Below are positions 48,039 to 58,015 of a DNA stretch of 64,000 bases, in pieces. A model generated the notes under the pieces. That model had not been told where the DNA came from. It saw only the letters and a list, made by a program, of their open reading frames with translations, and did no database searches. Made by a program: the position numbers and the translations under genes. Numbering within the stretch: the first letter of the stretch is position 1; every line of letters starts with the position of its first letter. The stretch comes from Elusimicrobiota bacterium. GTDB lineage: Bacteria; Elusimicrobiota; Endomicrobiia; Endomicrobiales; JBDRNC01. The stretch spans positions 96,001-160,000 of the forward strand of contig JBDRNC010000018.1 of assembly GCA_043811535.1 (NCBI GenBank), written 5' to 3'.

Positions 48039-48464
48039 TTATAACAGATGTTTCAATATATGTTTTGCTTTTTCCAGGTGTTCCTTTTCTTCATCCCTGA
48101 TACCCTTCAAAATTAACAGGAAGTTCTTGTCTTCGCACAGTTCTAACATCTCGGTATAACGCATGTAGGCGGCCGCTTCGTTCTCAATATGTTTTTCCAA
48201 AACCTTGTGTATGGAACGCTCGGTTTCCAGCGGCGCGAAATTCCACTGCGCCTTTCCCCCCAGTTCTATTATCTTCGATGCGATGCGGTCGGCATGCATT
48301 AGTTCTTCGGCGCTAAACCCTGAAAACACGGAACCCAGCCTGTCCCCGCCTGCGATTTTCGATCTGAACAACTCCGCTTCCCTCAGATATAGAAAAGTAT
48401 CGTTATATTCCTTTTCAAAAGCCGAATAAAGCAAAGATAACAGCTTCTCTTTTTTTTCACTCAT
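48039..48464 (-). CDS. Ferritin-like domain protein
   Basis: EEL.HAD and DEEKEH ExxH motifs. The real start is likely ATG 48464, overlapping the rubredoxin end. Confidence 0.8.
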   Translation of the reverse strand: MSEKKEKLLSLLYSAFEKEYNDTFLYLREAELFRSKIAGGDRLGSVFSGFSAEELMHADRIASKIIELGGKAQWNFAPLETERSIHKVLEKHIENEAAAYMRYTEMLELCEDKNFLLILKGIRDEEKEHLEKAKHILKHLL

Positions 48465-48621
48465 CGGTTTTCTCGAATAAATCCTTTCCCACGCCGCAAA
48501 CCGGGCAGACCCAATCCGCAGGCAGGCTTTCAAAAGACGTATTCGGCGGAATTTTGGCGTCCGGATCGCCCTTAGCCGGGTCATAGATGTAGCCGCAAAC
48601 GGTGCATTTGTACTTTTGCAT
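48457..48621 (-). CDS. Rubredoxin (54 aa)
   Basis: Not in the ORF track: [54 protein letters not shown]. Confidence 0.97.
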   Translation of the reverse strand: MQKYKCTVCGYIYDPAKGDPDAKIPPNTSFESLPADWVCPVCGVGKDLFEKTDE

Positions 48622-48627
48622 GGAACA

Positions 48628-48674
48628 CCTCCTGTGTTTTCCTAAACTGCCTTATGTGACATCCCCGAAGCGAC
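48628..48674 (-). promoter_or_regulatory. Conserved hairpin-core-SD leader module, copy E
   Basis: GTCGC-TTCG-GGGAT GTCACATAAGGCAGTTTA GGAAAACAC AGGAGG TGTT. Confidence 0.7.
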
Positions 48675-48731
48675 AACATTAATTTAATTCATGGAGCAGA
48701 GCGGGATTTTGAGCTCCTTTCTACCAAGTCT

Positions 48732-48808
48732 TCCTCCCCCCTTGTGGGGGAGGATTAAGGTGGGGGGGCACCCCCATCCCGGCCTTCCCCCATAAAGAGG
48801 GAAGGAGA
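48732..48808. repeat. CCCCCTTGTGGGGGAGGATTAAGGTGGGGGG palindromic repeat, copy 2
   Basis: Matches 35662-35798. Confidence 0.75.
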
Positions 48809-48812
48809 ATGT

Positions 48813-49220
48813 TCACTTCTTATGAAGGCAGTCCTTGCATATTCCCTTGAAATATCCGTGTATTTCCCTTACGAGATTGCCTTGTATGTTATTCAGTTTG
48901 CAGTTCGGGCATTCAATGTCAATGTCAGTTATTCCCCCGCACTTTTCGCAGAAAAAATGATGGTGGCTTCCTTTAATAAAATCAAACCTTGCCTCTTTAC
49001 CGGTGATGCTTATGGCTGTTATTACGCTTTTCCCGGCAAGCTTATTAAGCGTGTTATAAACGGTGTTCTTTGATATGGTTGGCATCTGTTTGACCATTCT
49101 GCGGTAGATACCGTCGGCGGTAAGGTGCTCCCTGTTATTCTCAAGGAATTTCAGGATTGCCAGCCGCTGATGCGTGGGTTTAATGCCTTTGGATAGTAAT
49201 AAGTCCTTGATTGTAATCAT
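48813..49220 (-). CDS. Fur-family transcriptional repressor (PerR-like from context)
   Basis: T.QRLAIL, HLTA, TVYNTL, HHHFFCEKCG, CKDC; first gene of the oxidative-stress cluster. Confidence 0.92.
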   Translation of the reverse strand: MITIKDLLLSKGIKPTHQRLAILKFLENNREHLTADGIYRRMVKQMPTISKNTVYNTLNKLAGKSVITAISITGKEARFDFIKGSHHHFFCEKCGGITDIDIECPNCKLNNIQGNLVREIHGYFKGICKDCLHKK

Positions 49221-49260
49221 TACTAATTGGTATTGTATGCAATTATGCGGGGGTTGTCAA
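49210..49260 (-). promoter_or_regulatory. Sigma70 promoter plus a Per/Fur-box-like palindrome over the start codon
   Basis: TTGACA-17 nt-TACAAT; GTAAT-G-ATTAC palindrome spanning the ATG. Confidence 0.65.
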
Positions 49261-49280
49261 GAGGGCGCGGATAATATTTC

Positions 49281-51785
49281 TTAGGGTTTCGCGAAAAATA
49301 TTTTCCAGCCGGATTTCCTGCACTTCGTATTAATAAGAAGGGAGTTCGCGACCACCGATACGGAACTGAAGGCCATCGCGAGTCCTGCAATCATGGGATT
49401 CAGCAGGAAACCGGTGAAAGGATATAAAACCCCGGCGGCAACCGGTATGCCAATGACATTATAGAAGAACGCCCAGAACAAATTTTGCCTTATCGTCTTC
49501 ATCGCGCAAACACTCAAATCTATCGTAGCCGCGACATCCATCACCTTATCCTTGATAAGCACTATGTCCGCGGATTCTATCGCGACATCCGTCCCGGACC
49601 CGAGCGCTATGCCGACATCGGCGGATGCGAGCGCAAGCGCGTCATTTACGCCGTCGCCCACCATTATGACTCCCCTGCTTTCAGATTTAAGACGTTCTAT
49701 GACTTCGGCTTTCTGCGCAGGCAGGACTTCCGAAATTACATTTTCGATCCCGAGTTCTCTTGAAACCGCGTCCGCGGTCTTTTTGTTATCGCCCGTGATC
49801 ATATACACTTTCTTCCCCATCTCTTTGAGCCTGGCGACCGCCCGTGCCGCGTCTGGTTTCAGCGTATCGGCTACGGCGAAGAACGCGCATATCCGGCCGT
49901 TAACCGCCATCCATAAAACTGTTTTGCCTTCGGAATACAACTTGCCGGCCTGCTCCTCAAGAGCGTTATCGCTCTTGGCCCCGGTCTCGTCCAGAAAATC
50001 TTTCTTCCCGACAATTACAGTTGAACCGCCGACTTTCGCGACAACGCCTTTCCCTTCTTTTGCGTTAAAATCAAAAACCGCTCGCGCAACGACGCCCTTC
50101 GCCCGGGCGTATTCTATCACCGCGCGGGAAAGCGGGTGTTCCGATCTCGACTCTACCGAAGCCGCGTCGCAGAGCGCTTCGGCTTCGGTAAGCCCTGACG
50201 CGGAAAAAGCCACAACCTTCGGCTCCCCTTTCGTAAGCGTCCCGGTTTTGTCAAAAACGACTATATCCGTTTTCTCCGCCTTCTGCATGGCCTCGGCATT
50301 TTTGATAAGCACGCCGTTCTGCGCCGCTAATCCCGTCGAAACCATAACCGCCGTAGGCGTCGCAAGCCCCATCGCGCACGGGCAGGAAATTATCAGAACC
50401 GAAATAAACGCCGTAAGCGCGAAAATGAATGTGTGGCCTGTCAATATCCACACGAGCAGTGTCAGAGTCGCCGCGGCAAAGACCAGCGGGACAAAAATCG
50501 CGGAAAACGTATCAGCCAGCCTTTGGACCGGCGCCTTTGAACCTTGCGCGTGCTCAACAAGCTGTATAATCTGGGCAAGCATCGTCTCCTTGCCGACTTT
50601 TGTCGCCTTGAAATTGAAGGACCCTGACTTATTAATCGTGCCGGCAATCACCTTGTCCCCCGGTTTCTTTTCCACGGGCATGCTCTCGCCCGTAACCATG
50701 GATTCATCAATGGAAGAAAATCCGCTTTCCAAGATGCCGTCAACGGGTATCTTCTCGCCGGGCTTTACGACCACGATGTTGCCGGCCGCGACTTCGTCCG
50801 CGTTGACTTCCTGTTCAATGCCGTTCTGGATTATAACCGCTTTTTGGGGTTTAAGGTCCAGCAGTCGCCGAATCGCCGATGATGTCCTGCTTTTTGCCTG
50901 CGCTTCCATCCATTTGCCGAAAAGTATGAAAGCGATAAGCACGCCTGCGACTTCATAATAAAGGTTATTGCTGGTGTATCCGGGGATATTGATGAAAATA
51001 GCGATCGTTACGGCTAAACTGTATAGGTAGGCGGCTCCTGTTCCGACAGCCACAAGCGTGTCCATATTTGACGATTTCGTCCTTACAAGAGCCGCTATTC
51101 CCCTCCTGTAGAACTGCGAGCCCGCGATTATTATCGGCGTTGTCAGAAGCAACTGTACCAGTGACAGGATTTTATGTGATGCGTGCATCCTGGGTAATAA
51201 TACGGGGAGCCCGAAATGGTGGGCCATTGATATGTATAACAGCGGAGCGGCAAGAACAGCCGAGAAAAGAAGTCTTGCGCCGAGCTCACGCGTCTCTTTT
51301 TCAATGATTTTCTGTGCCGCGTCTTTTTCCCCTTCTTTTATTTCCACGGGCGTGTACCCGGCGTGAATTATGGCTTCCTCAATCTTTTTAGGAGTGATCA
51401 CGGTGTGGTCATAGATGATTTTCGCCGTTTCGTCGGCTTTGAGCACTTTCGCGGTAATGCCGTCCAGCGCTTCAATAGCGCCTTTAACCGTATGGATGCA
51501 ATGCGCGTTATCCATGCCTATGACTTTCAGGTTCAGGACGGACAACCCGGAAGCCTTGGCGGCCGGCTCTCTCACGACATCGTATCCCGTATCTTCTATT
51601 ATTTTTTCTATCTCTTCTTTGGTAATCAGGGAGGGGTCGTATTCCACATACGCCTTGCCGGAAGCGTAGTTCACGGACGCGTTTACGATGCCGTTATTGA
51701 TTTTGAGGGCCTTCTCTATGCCAACACTGCAGGAAACACAGTGCATGCCGCTTATTGCTATCGTAAGTTTCTCGGTCTTTCCCAC
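49281..51785 (-). CDS. copA: Copper-translocating P1B-type ATPase
   Basis: GMHCVSC HMA domain, TGES, CPC, DKTGT, SEHP, GDGVND, YN and MAFSSVSV motifs. Confidence 0.95.
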   Translation of the reverse strand: MGKTEKLTIAISGMHCVSCSVGIEKALKINNGIVNASVNYASGKAYVEYDPSLITKEEIEKIIEDTGYDVVREPAAKASGLSVLNLKVIGMDNAHCIHTVKGAIEALDGITAKVLKADETAKIIYDHTVITPKKIEEAIIHAGYTPVEIKEGEKDAAQKIIEKETRELGARLLFSAVLAAPLLYISMAHHFGLPVLLPRMHASHKILSLVQLLLTTPIIIAGSQFYRRGIAALVRTKSSNMDTLVAVGTGAAYLYSLAVTIAIFINIPGYTSNNLYYEVAGVLIAFILFGKWMEAQAKSRTSSAIRRLLDLKPQKAVIIQNGIEQEVNADEVAAGNIVVVKPGEKIPVDGILESGFSSIDESMVTGESMPVEKKPGDKVIAGTINKSGSFNFKATKVGKETMLAQIIQLVEHAQGSKAPVQRLADTFSAIFVPLVFAAATLTLLVWILTGHTFIFALTAFISVLIISCPCAMGLATPTAVMVSTGLAAQNGVLIKNAEAMQKAEKTDIVVFDKTGTLTKGEPKVVAFSASGLTEAEALCDAASVESRSEHPLSRAVIEYARAKGVVARAVFDFNAKEGKGVVAKVGGSTVIVGKKDFLDETGAKSDNALEEQAGKLYSEGKTVLWMAVNGRICAFFAVADTLKPDAARAVARLKEMGKKVYMITGDNKKTADAVSRELGIENVISEVLPAQKAEVIERLKSESRGVIMVGDGVNDALALASADVGIALGSGTDVAIESADIVLIKDKVMDVAATIDLSVCAMKTIRQNLFWAFFYNVIGIPVAAGVLYPFTGFLLNPMIAGLAMAFSSVSVVANSLLINTKCRKSGWKIFFAKP

Positions 51786-51926
51786 GATTACTCCTTACTG
51801 TAAAGCAGGGTCCAGTAGCCAAGGTCCAGGGTCCAGGAAAACACTAAAAAATAATTACAAATAATAGTGCGGTACGCAGCCAGTTTTGTCTTCCGTCTTC
51901 CGTCTTCCGTCTTCCGTCTGCGGTCT

Positions 51927-52733
51927 TCAGTTCCCTGTTTTAGGGGTAATCAAGATTGAAGTGTCCTTGCCCATCATGTACTGGGGAAGATGCCCGTCCC
52001 ATTTGGCTATCCATTGGAGGGCGATACCCTTGTCTGAAACCGTCTCCTTGAGCATCTGCTGTTTTCTGGCTTCCCCTTCAGCGTCAAGAATAACGCGTTT
52101 CTTGTTTTCCTCCGCCTGCATCCTCTGGTACTGGGCCGTCTTGATCTTCTGCTCTTCTATCTGTTTCTGTTCGACAACCTTATTGAATTCATCGGCAAAG
52201 TCAATGTCAACCAGATTTACGTTTTCCAGTATTATATTATACGTCAACAAACGCTTTGCCAGAAGGCTCTCTATTATGGCTTTAACGCTCTCTCTTTCAA
52301 CGATAATCCGCTCGACCTGATACTGGGAAACAGCGGCCTTTACCGCCTCATTTACCGCCGGCTCGATCACTTTCTGCATGTAATCTCTTCCCACTTTCAC
52401 GTATATCTGGTCAACCATCGTGTAGTCCAGGTGGTAATTCAGGACTGTTTCCATTTTTACAAGCTGAAGGTCCTTTGAGGCGCCTTCGGCAAGTATGTCA
52501 AGGCGCTGCGTCTTGACATCGAACTTGTTTACCGTGTGAACGATAGGTATCCTGAAATGAGTTCCCTGCGAGTACGACGCGGTCTCTCCGCTGATGTTAT
52601 TGAAAGTCACGCCCACCTGGCCCGGTCCCACCACGAATATCGGGTTGATGATAAGCGCCGTAAAAAGGACCACAAGTCCCGCGGCAATAAGAGTAACAGT
52701 CTTGAACGGATTTTTTCCTAAATCTTCCAGCAT
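51927..52733 (-). CDS. Prohibitin/SPFH domain membrane protein
   Basis: N-terminal TM, G.HFRIP, SKDLQ, EQKQIEEQ coiled coil, KWDG.LP. Confidence 0.88.
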   Translation of the reverse strand: MLEDLGKNPFKTVTLIAAGLVVLFTALIINPIFVVGPGQVGVTFNNISGETASYSQGTHFRIPIVHTVNKFDVKTQRLDILAEGASKDLQLVKMETVLNYHLDYTMVDQIYVKVGRDYMQKVIEPAVNEAVKAAVSQYQVERIIVERESVKAIIESLLAKRLLTYNIILENVNLVDIDFADEFNKVVEQKQIEEQKIKTAQYQRMQAEENKKRVILDAEGEARKQQMLKETVSDKGIALQWIAKWDGHLPQYMMGKDTSILITPKTGN

Positions 52734-53037
52734 TTTATGCCTCCTTTACTAATTTGAGATTGTTGAAAAACCCCAACAATCTCTGATTACACTGATTATA
52801 CAAAGATTACACAGATTAAATATCCGTGTAATCGTTTCTAAGAATCTATGCAATAAGTGTACCCAATCTGTGTAATCAAGGCCGTTGAGGACTTTTCCAA
52901 CGGCCTCAATTTAGCTTCCGCATTCACCAATATATTTAAATGCAGATATGCGGCCATGCAACCAGCGGCCGGTAGCCGTTCAAACACTAAATACTAAAAA
53001 CTAAATCCCGCTTTCGCGGGAATGACAAAGCCCCTGC

Positions 53038-53967
53038 TTACTTACTTACTCTCTCACTCTCGGGCGGCGTTTTAAACATAAGCGAAACAACTATCGATAC
53101 CGTCAGCACGACCGCTATGAAGCCTAAAGACGCGCCTATCGATATCTTATAAAAATCCGTAAGCAGCATCTTTACTCCGACAAACGATAACACCACCGAA
53201 AGCCCGTAATTCAGGAACCTGAACATCTGCATGCTCCCGGCAAGGGCGAAATACATCGCCCTCAAGCCCAGTATCGCGAGGATATTCGAGGAATAAACGA
53301 TAAATGAATCGAGGGTAATCGCGAGCGCGGCGGGTATTGAATCTATCGCGAAAACTACATCGGTGCTTTCAACAACCAGTAAAACAAGAAAAAGCGGGGT
53401 GACCAGCAGCTTTCCTGCGTCTTTTATGAAGAATTTATCATTATTCTGCCAAGGCGACACGGGGAATAACTTGCGGGACAGGATAAGAACCGGATTTTTT
53501 TCGGGATGAACTTCCTCATCCTTCTGGAACGCCAGTTTAATACCGACATATACAAGCAACGCACCAAAAATATATATCGTCCAATGGAATTTGGCAATGA
53601 GCGCGGTTCCCGCCAGAATAAAGAAAGCCCTCATTACCATCGCGCCGACTATTCCCCAGAAAAGGACTTTGTATTGATATTCGGAATGCACCTTGAAGTA
53701 GTTGAACAGGAGGACAAATACGAAGATGTTGTCAATACTGAGAGAACGTTCTATCAGGTAGCAGGTGAAGAACTCCAGCCCCTTTTGAGGCCCGGACCAG
53801 AACCAGACGCCCGCGTTGAATAAAAGCGCGACGATTATCCAGACCGCGCTCCATATAAGCGACTCTTTTACTCCGATGGTCCTGCTGCCTTTATGGAACA
53901 CTCCTAGATCCAGCAGAAGGAGTATCACTACGAAAACATTGAATAATATCCACGCGTATAGATGCAT
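53038..53967 (-). CDS. terC: TerC/Alx family membrane protein
   Basis: E.SLSIDNIFVF, LFWGIVGA, E..DVVFAIDSIPA, SNILAILGLR. ATG 53967. Confidence 0.92.
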   Translation of the reverse strand: MHLYAWILFNVFVVILLLLDLGVFHKGSRTIGVKESLIWSAVWIIVALLFNAGVWFWSGPQKGLEFFTCYLIERSLSIDNIFVFVLLFNYFKVHSEYQYKVLFWGIVGAMVMRAFFILAGTALIAKFHWTIYIFGALLVYVGIKLAFQKDEEVHPEKNPVLILSRKLFPVSPWQNNDKFFIKDAGKLLVTPLFLVLLVVESTDVVFAIDSIPAALAITLDSFIVYSSNILAILGLRAMYFALAGSMQMFRFLNYGLSVVLSFVGVKMLLTDFYKISIGASLGFIAVVLTVSIVVSLMFKTPPESERVSK

Positions 53968-53971
53968 TGAG

Positions 53972-54023
53972 CTCCTCAAGTGTTTCTACTAAATTGTCTT
54001 ATGCGAAATACCCGAAGGGTATT
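53972..54023 (-). promoter_or_regulatory. Conserved hairpin-core-SD leader module, copy F
   Basis: AATACCC-TTC-GGGTATT TCGCATAAGACAATTTA GTAGAAACACTT GAGGAG; orphan GGAG upstream (54028-54031). Confidence 0.8.
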
Positions 54024-54112
54024 ATAACTCCAAAAACGTATCTCGGGACTCGTATCTCGTCGTTCGTAGTATGCCTTACGAGATGCGAGATACTAGATAC
54101 GAGATACCGTAG

Positions 54113-54829
54113 TTATTTGTAGAACAACGAAGTCAGTTTTCCCGCAACAGCATTAAAACTGTCCGTAAGTATCAATATCCCCACAAGTATCAATATAAGC
54201 CCGGCTGTGATCTCTATTGCCTTAAAATACTTCTGCATTTTCGAGAACAGCGCGATGGCGCGGTTGATAAAAAGCGCCGTCAGGAGAAAAGGCACTCCCA
54301 GACCGAGCGAGTACGATACTAAAAGCAGAAATCCCCTGGCCACTGTGTCCTGCGCCGACGCGAGCAGTAAAATGGACGATAGTATCGGCCCGACGCACGG
54401 CGTCCAGCCGACCGCGAAAGCCATTCCTACGAAAAAGGATCCCGCGAAACCCAGGGAGGATTTTTTCAGCTCCATTCTCTTTTCGTAATAGAGGAACGGG
54501 ATCCTGATAATGCCGGTCGTGTGAAAACCGAAAATAATCACTATCACGCCGCCGGCCCAGCGCAGTATATCCTTTTTATCAAACAAAGTATTACCGAGCC
54601 AGGTCGCGGACGCCCCTAGCAGAGTAAAGACCGCGCCGAACCCCAGGACAAAAAATAAGGCGTTCAGAAAAGTATATTTAAGCGATTTTCCGCCGTTCTT
54701 GAGTTCTTCGAGGCTCGCGCCCGTTATGAATGATATGTAAGCCGGAATGAGCGGAAGCACGCAGGGGCTGACAAAGGTCGCCATACCCGCAAAAAAACTG
54801 ACAATCATGGGGAAATTATCTAATTTCAC
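54113..54829 (-). CDS. ccdA: Cytochrome c biogenesis / disulfide-exchange membrane protein CcdA
   Basis: SPCVLPLIPAY, GWTPCVGPIL, YSLGLGVPF. Confidence 0.93.
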   Translation of the reverse strand: MKLDNFPMIVSFFAGMATFVSPCVLPLIPAYISFITGASLEELKNGGKSLKYTFLNALFFVLGFGAVFTLLGASATWLGNTLFDKKDILRWAGGVIVIIFGFHTTGIIRIPFLYYEKRMELKKSSLGFAGSFFVGMAFAVGWTPCVGPILSSILLLASAQDTVARGFLLLVSYSLGLGVPFLLTALFINRAIALFSKMQKYFKAIEITAGLILILVGILILTDSFNAVAGKLTSLFYK

Positions 54830-55296
54830 TTTTTTATCGACCTCATTACGCTCGCGAAATCCCGCGGCCCGAGATATCCCCCTATTCTATGAATGACTTT
54901 TCCTTTGGCGTCCGTAAAGAGTATGGTCGGCAGTCCTCTTATATCGTATTTCTTTGAGGATGCCCCGTCAACGTCGGCGTCAACCTTCACGCACACGAAT
55001 CCCTTTGAAAGCTTTATCACTTCCGAGTCTGAATATGTATCCTCGTCCAGTTTTTTGCACCAGCCGCACCAGTCGGCATAAAAATCCGCCATCACGGGTT
55101 TCCCGGACTGGGCCGATACCTGAAGGGCTTCCTGGAAGTTTGTATACCACGCAACTTCGTCGGGATTATCGACAATCAGTTTTACGCTTGACGGAGCGCC
55201 GGACGACTGCTGCGTTATCCGGTAATTATTGTAAAAAAGCAAACCCACCAGCGCCAGCACGACAATGATGATAATCGCCTTGAGACCGGAATTCAT
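54826..55296 (-). CDS. Membrane-anchored thioredoxin-family protein
   Basis: DFYADWCGWCKK, GLPT, N-terminal TM. ATG 55296 follows GGAGG. Confidence 0.9.
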   Translation of the reverse strand: MNSGLKAIIIIVVLALVGLLFYNNYRITQQSSGAPSSVKLIVDNPDEVAWYTNFQEALQVSAQSGKPVMADFYADWCGWCKKLDEDTYSDSEVIKLSKGFVCVKVDADVDGASSKKYDIRGLPTILFTDAKGKVIHRIGGYLGPRDFASVMRSIKK

Positions 55297-55389
55297 TGTT
55301 CCTCCAAAAACCCGTATCTCGTATCTAGTATCTCGCATCTCGCAAGACCTGTTTCGAACGACGAGATACGAGTCCCGAGATACCGTCGT

Positions 55390-56325
55390 TTAGTCTTGCC
55401 TTGAATATTCAAGCATTTTGTCTATCGCCAGTTTCGCCTTGCTTCTCACCGGCTCTTCAACTTTAATCACATTTTTCATGTTTTCAAGCGACCACAGCAC
55501 TTTTTCAAGAGTGTTCTTTTTCATGTTCCGGCAAACCGCCGCGTCGCTCGCGGGATAGAATTCCTTGTCCGGGCTGTCTTTCTTCAGGCGGTATATGATA
55601 CCGGGTTCCGTGCCGATGATTATCTCTTTATTTTTTGATGTTTTCGCGTAGTTTACCATGCCGCTCGTGGAAAGAACTTTATCCGCGAGTTTTATAACTT
55701 CGGGCCGGCATTCGGGATGCACGACCACTTCCGCGCCCGGATGCTGCTGCCTGGCTTTCAGGACGTGCTCGGGCAGTATGTTGTTATGAGTGGGGCAGTA
55801 CCCGTCGTACAATATCATGTCCTTGCCGGTCTGTGTCATCACGTAATGCCCGAGATTCCTGTCCGGCACGAATATTATGTCCCTGCCCGCCGTGGCGGGA
55901 TTGCCGCCGAGCGATTTGATTATCTGCACGGCGTTGGCTGAAGTGACGCAGATATCGCTTTCCGCCTTAACTTCGGCCGAAGTGTTCACGTAGGCGGCAA
56001 CAACAGCGTTGGGGTGATTTTTCTTAAGAGCGGCAAGTTTTGCGGCGTCTATCATGTCCGCCATCGGGCATCCAGAGTCAATCGCGGGAAGCAGGACGGT
56101 TTTTTCCGGGGAAAGTATCGCGGCGGTCTCAGCCATGAAATGCACTCCGCAGAAGACGATGACATCGGCCTCAGTTGAGGCGGCCTTCCGGCTCAGGTCC
56201 AGGGAATCTCCCAGAAAATCGGCGATATCCTGCACCTCGGGCAACTGGTAGTTGTGCGCGAGAATGACAGCGTTGAGTTTCTTCTTAAGTGTTTTTATCC
56301 GGGCAACAATTATATCCGGTCCCAT
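55390..56325 (-). CDS. nadA: Quinolinate synthase
   Basis: LAHNYQ, GDSL.LS, FCGVHFMAE, GCPMA, YVNTSA, TSANA, HPEC, C.NMK. Confidence 0.97.
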   Translation of the reverse strand: MGPDIIVARIKTLKKKLNAVILAHNYQLPEVQDIADFLGDSLDLSRKAASTEADVIVFCGVHFMAETAAILSPEKTVLLPAIDSGCPMADMIDAAKLAALKKNHPNAVVAAYVNTSAEVKAESDICVTSANAVQIIKSLGGNPATAGRDIIFVPDRNLGHYVMTQTGKDMILYDGYCPTHNNILPEHVLKARQQHPGAEVVVHPECRPEVIKLADKVLSTSGMVNYAKTSKNKEIIIGTEPGIIYRLKKDSPDKEFYPASDAAVCRNMKKNTLEKVLWSLENMKNVIKVEEPVRSKAKLAIDKMLEYSRQD

Positions 56326-56429
56326 GCTCCGCTTCCATGCTTCTGACTTCAGTTATGGTATTATACCAAATTATACGCTCTCTCCCTTGATTTTATACCA
56401 CATTAGTGGTACAATTTTCAAATAAAAAT

Positions 56430-58013
56430 ATGCTGAATATTCTAACCGGCTATATCAAAAAGAAACCGCTGGCTTCGATCATTATATTTTCCGTACTGGC
56501 TTACCTGCCGTTTCTCAACAAGCCTTTCCATATCGACGATCCTTTTTTCCTGTACGCCGCGCGCGCGATAGGCCTCTCGCCTTTGCATCCGTTCGACATA
56601 GCCGGCGCTATTGACCTGTGGAAGCATAATTATAACCCCATTTTCTTCTACTATTTCACCGCCCTGCTCCGCGCGGTATTCGGCGAGAACGAAATATTCA
56701 TGCATGCCGGATACTTTATTTTCTACGTTACGGCCGGCATTTATTTTTACCTCATATGCAAAGCAATCAATATCAAGGGCATCGCCCCCGCGCTTTTATT
56801 CTTGTCGTCGCCTATCGCGCTTCTTGCGGGGACCAGCATCATGTCGGATTTTCCGCTCATCGCGCTCTTCCTGATATCATTTTATTATTTCATAGCATAT
56901 TTAAAGAATGACTCCCCGCTCAGCATGGCGATATCATCGCTGGCGCTGCTGGCGGCGGTTTTTACCAAATATTACGCCGGAGTATTCATTTTCCTGTACA
57001 TAATCATGCTGATAATCTGCGGAAAATGGAAAGTATTGAAATATTTATCGGTTATTCTATCGCTTTTACTGGCCGCGCTGTTTATCTATTCCCATTCCCA
57101 TCAGATACATCCCCTCTATATTTTTGAAAGACTTGGCTGGGCGCATTCCCCTGTAAGAAAAGAGACGCTGAGCTTTCTTACAACGCTCGGCGGGATCTCG
57201 ATATTTCCGCTGTGCTATCTCCTTCTTATGGGTAAAAATGCCGCGAAATGGGTTGCCTACTCGACCGCGCTTGTAATTTCCGCCGTGTTCTGCAGCATGG
57301 CCGGATTCGGAGTATTTGCCGTAATATCCGCGTCCGTTTATCTTGCCAACGCTGTTTTAGTCTTTTTTATGGCCGGAGAGCGCCTGTATATTTCATTTAA
57401 GTCAAAAGAATATCCGGTCATATCCGCAATGCTCTGGTTCTTCGGCTACGCACTGTTCCTCATGATATTCCCCAATATAATGGCAGGCAGATATGTACTG
57501 CCGCTGCTGCCCCCGTTAATACTGTGCCTGTACATTCACGTAGAAGAGACCGGGAGAGCCGGCAGGAGTTTTTCCGTTATTGCCGTTTTTTCAACTCTTC
57601 TGCTGGGATTAGCGCTAAATTCGGCGGATTACAAGCTGGCGGGGATATACAGGGACTTCGCCATCGAAGCGTCCGGAAATATATCGGCGCCGCAGACGGG
57701 ATACATGGGCAATTACGCCTTTGAATACTACATGCAGAAGAAAGGATTTGAAAGATTTGACATCAAGAAGCACAAATATCTTATTATGACGAAATATGGT
57801 TCAGTGCACGTGATTTACGGCGGGGATCCGATTTTGAAAGATATCAGGAAGAAATTCATTTTGGCCAGGGAGATTCCGAAAGAAGAGAATTATCTTTTAA
57901 GAATATGGGACCCCACTGCCTTCGCCGGATTCCATCTGAACATGTTCGGCTATATCCCGTGGGGAATAAGCGCGAAACCCATGGAAACGTTTTACGTGTT
58001 CGAGAAAAAGTAG
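56430..58013 (+). CDS. GT-C (family 39/ArnT-like) membrane glycosyltransferase
   Basis: PFHIDDP.F, many TM segments, TKY, RYVLPLLPP. Start codon uncertain (56406 or 56430). Confidence 0.7.
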   Translation: MLNILTGYIKKKPLASIIIFSVLAYLPFLNKPFHIDDPFFLYAARAIGLSPLHPFDIAGAIDLWKHNYNPIFFYYFTALLRAVFGENEIFMHAGYFIFYVTAGIYFYLICKAINIKGIAPALLFLSSPIALLAGTSIMSDFPLIALFLISFYYFIAYLKNDSPLSMAISSLALLAAVFTKYYAGVFIFLYIIMLIICGKWKVLKYLSVILSLLLAALFIYSHSHQIHPLYIFERLGWAHSPVRKETLSFLTTLGGISIFPLCYLLLMGKNAAKWVAYSTALVISAVFCSMAGFGVFAVISASVYLANAVLVFFMAGERLYISFKSKEYPVISAMLWFFGYALFLMIFPNIMAGRYVLPLLPPLILCLYIHVEETGRAGRSFSVIAVFSTLLLGLALNSADYKLAGIYRDFAIEASGNISAPQTGYMGNYAFEYYMQKKGFERFDIKKHKYLIMTKYGSVHVIYGGDPILKDIRKKFILAREIPKEENYLLRIWDPTAFAGFHLNMFGYIPWGISAKPMETFYVFEKK

Positions 58014-58015
58014 CG

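Noticed and set aside
48465..48584. N-terminal extension of the 181-aa ORF in the track
   Set aside because: It overlaps the rubredoxin gene in another frame; the ferritin-like gene more plausibly starts at 48464.
49552..50958. 468-aa plus-strand ORF
   Set aside because: Antisense shadow of copA with no recognisable motifs. The same applies to the many shorter ORFs opposite or within well-supported genes.
51500..51530. Second HMA domain of CopA with GMDNAHC instead of GMxCxxC
   Set aside because: Degenerate metal-binding domains are common in P1B ATPases, so this is not evidence of a new function by itself.
53968..54110. Expected yybP-ykoY (Mn2+) riboswitch upstream of terC
   Set aside because: I could not find its GGGGAGUA-type hallmark. 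The region holds the leader module and a CGTATCT repeat instead.
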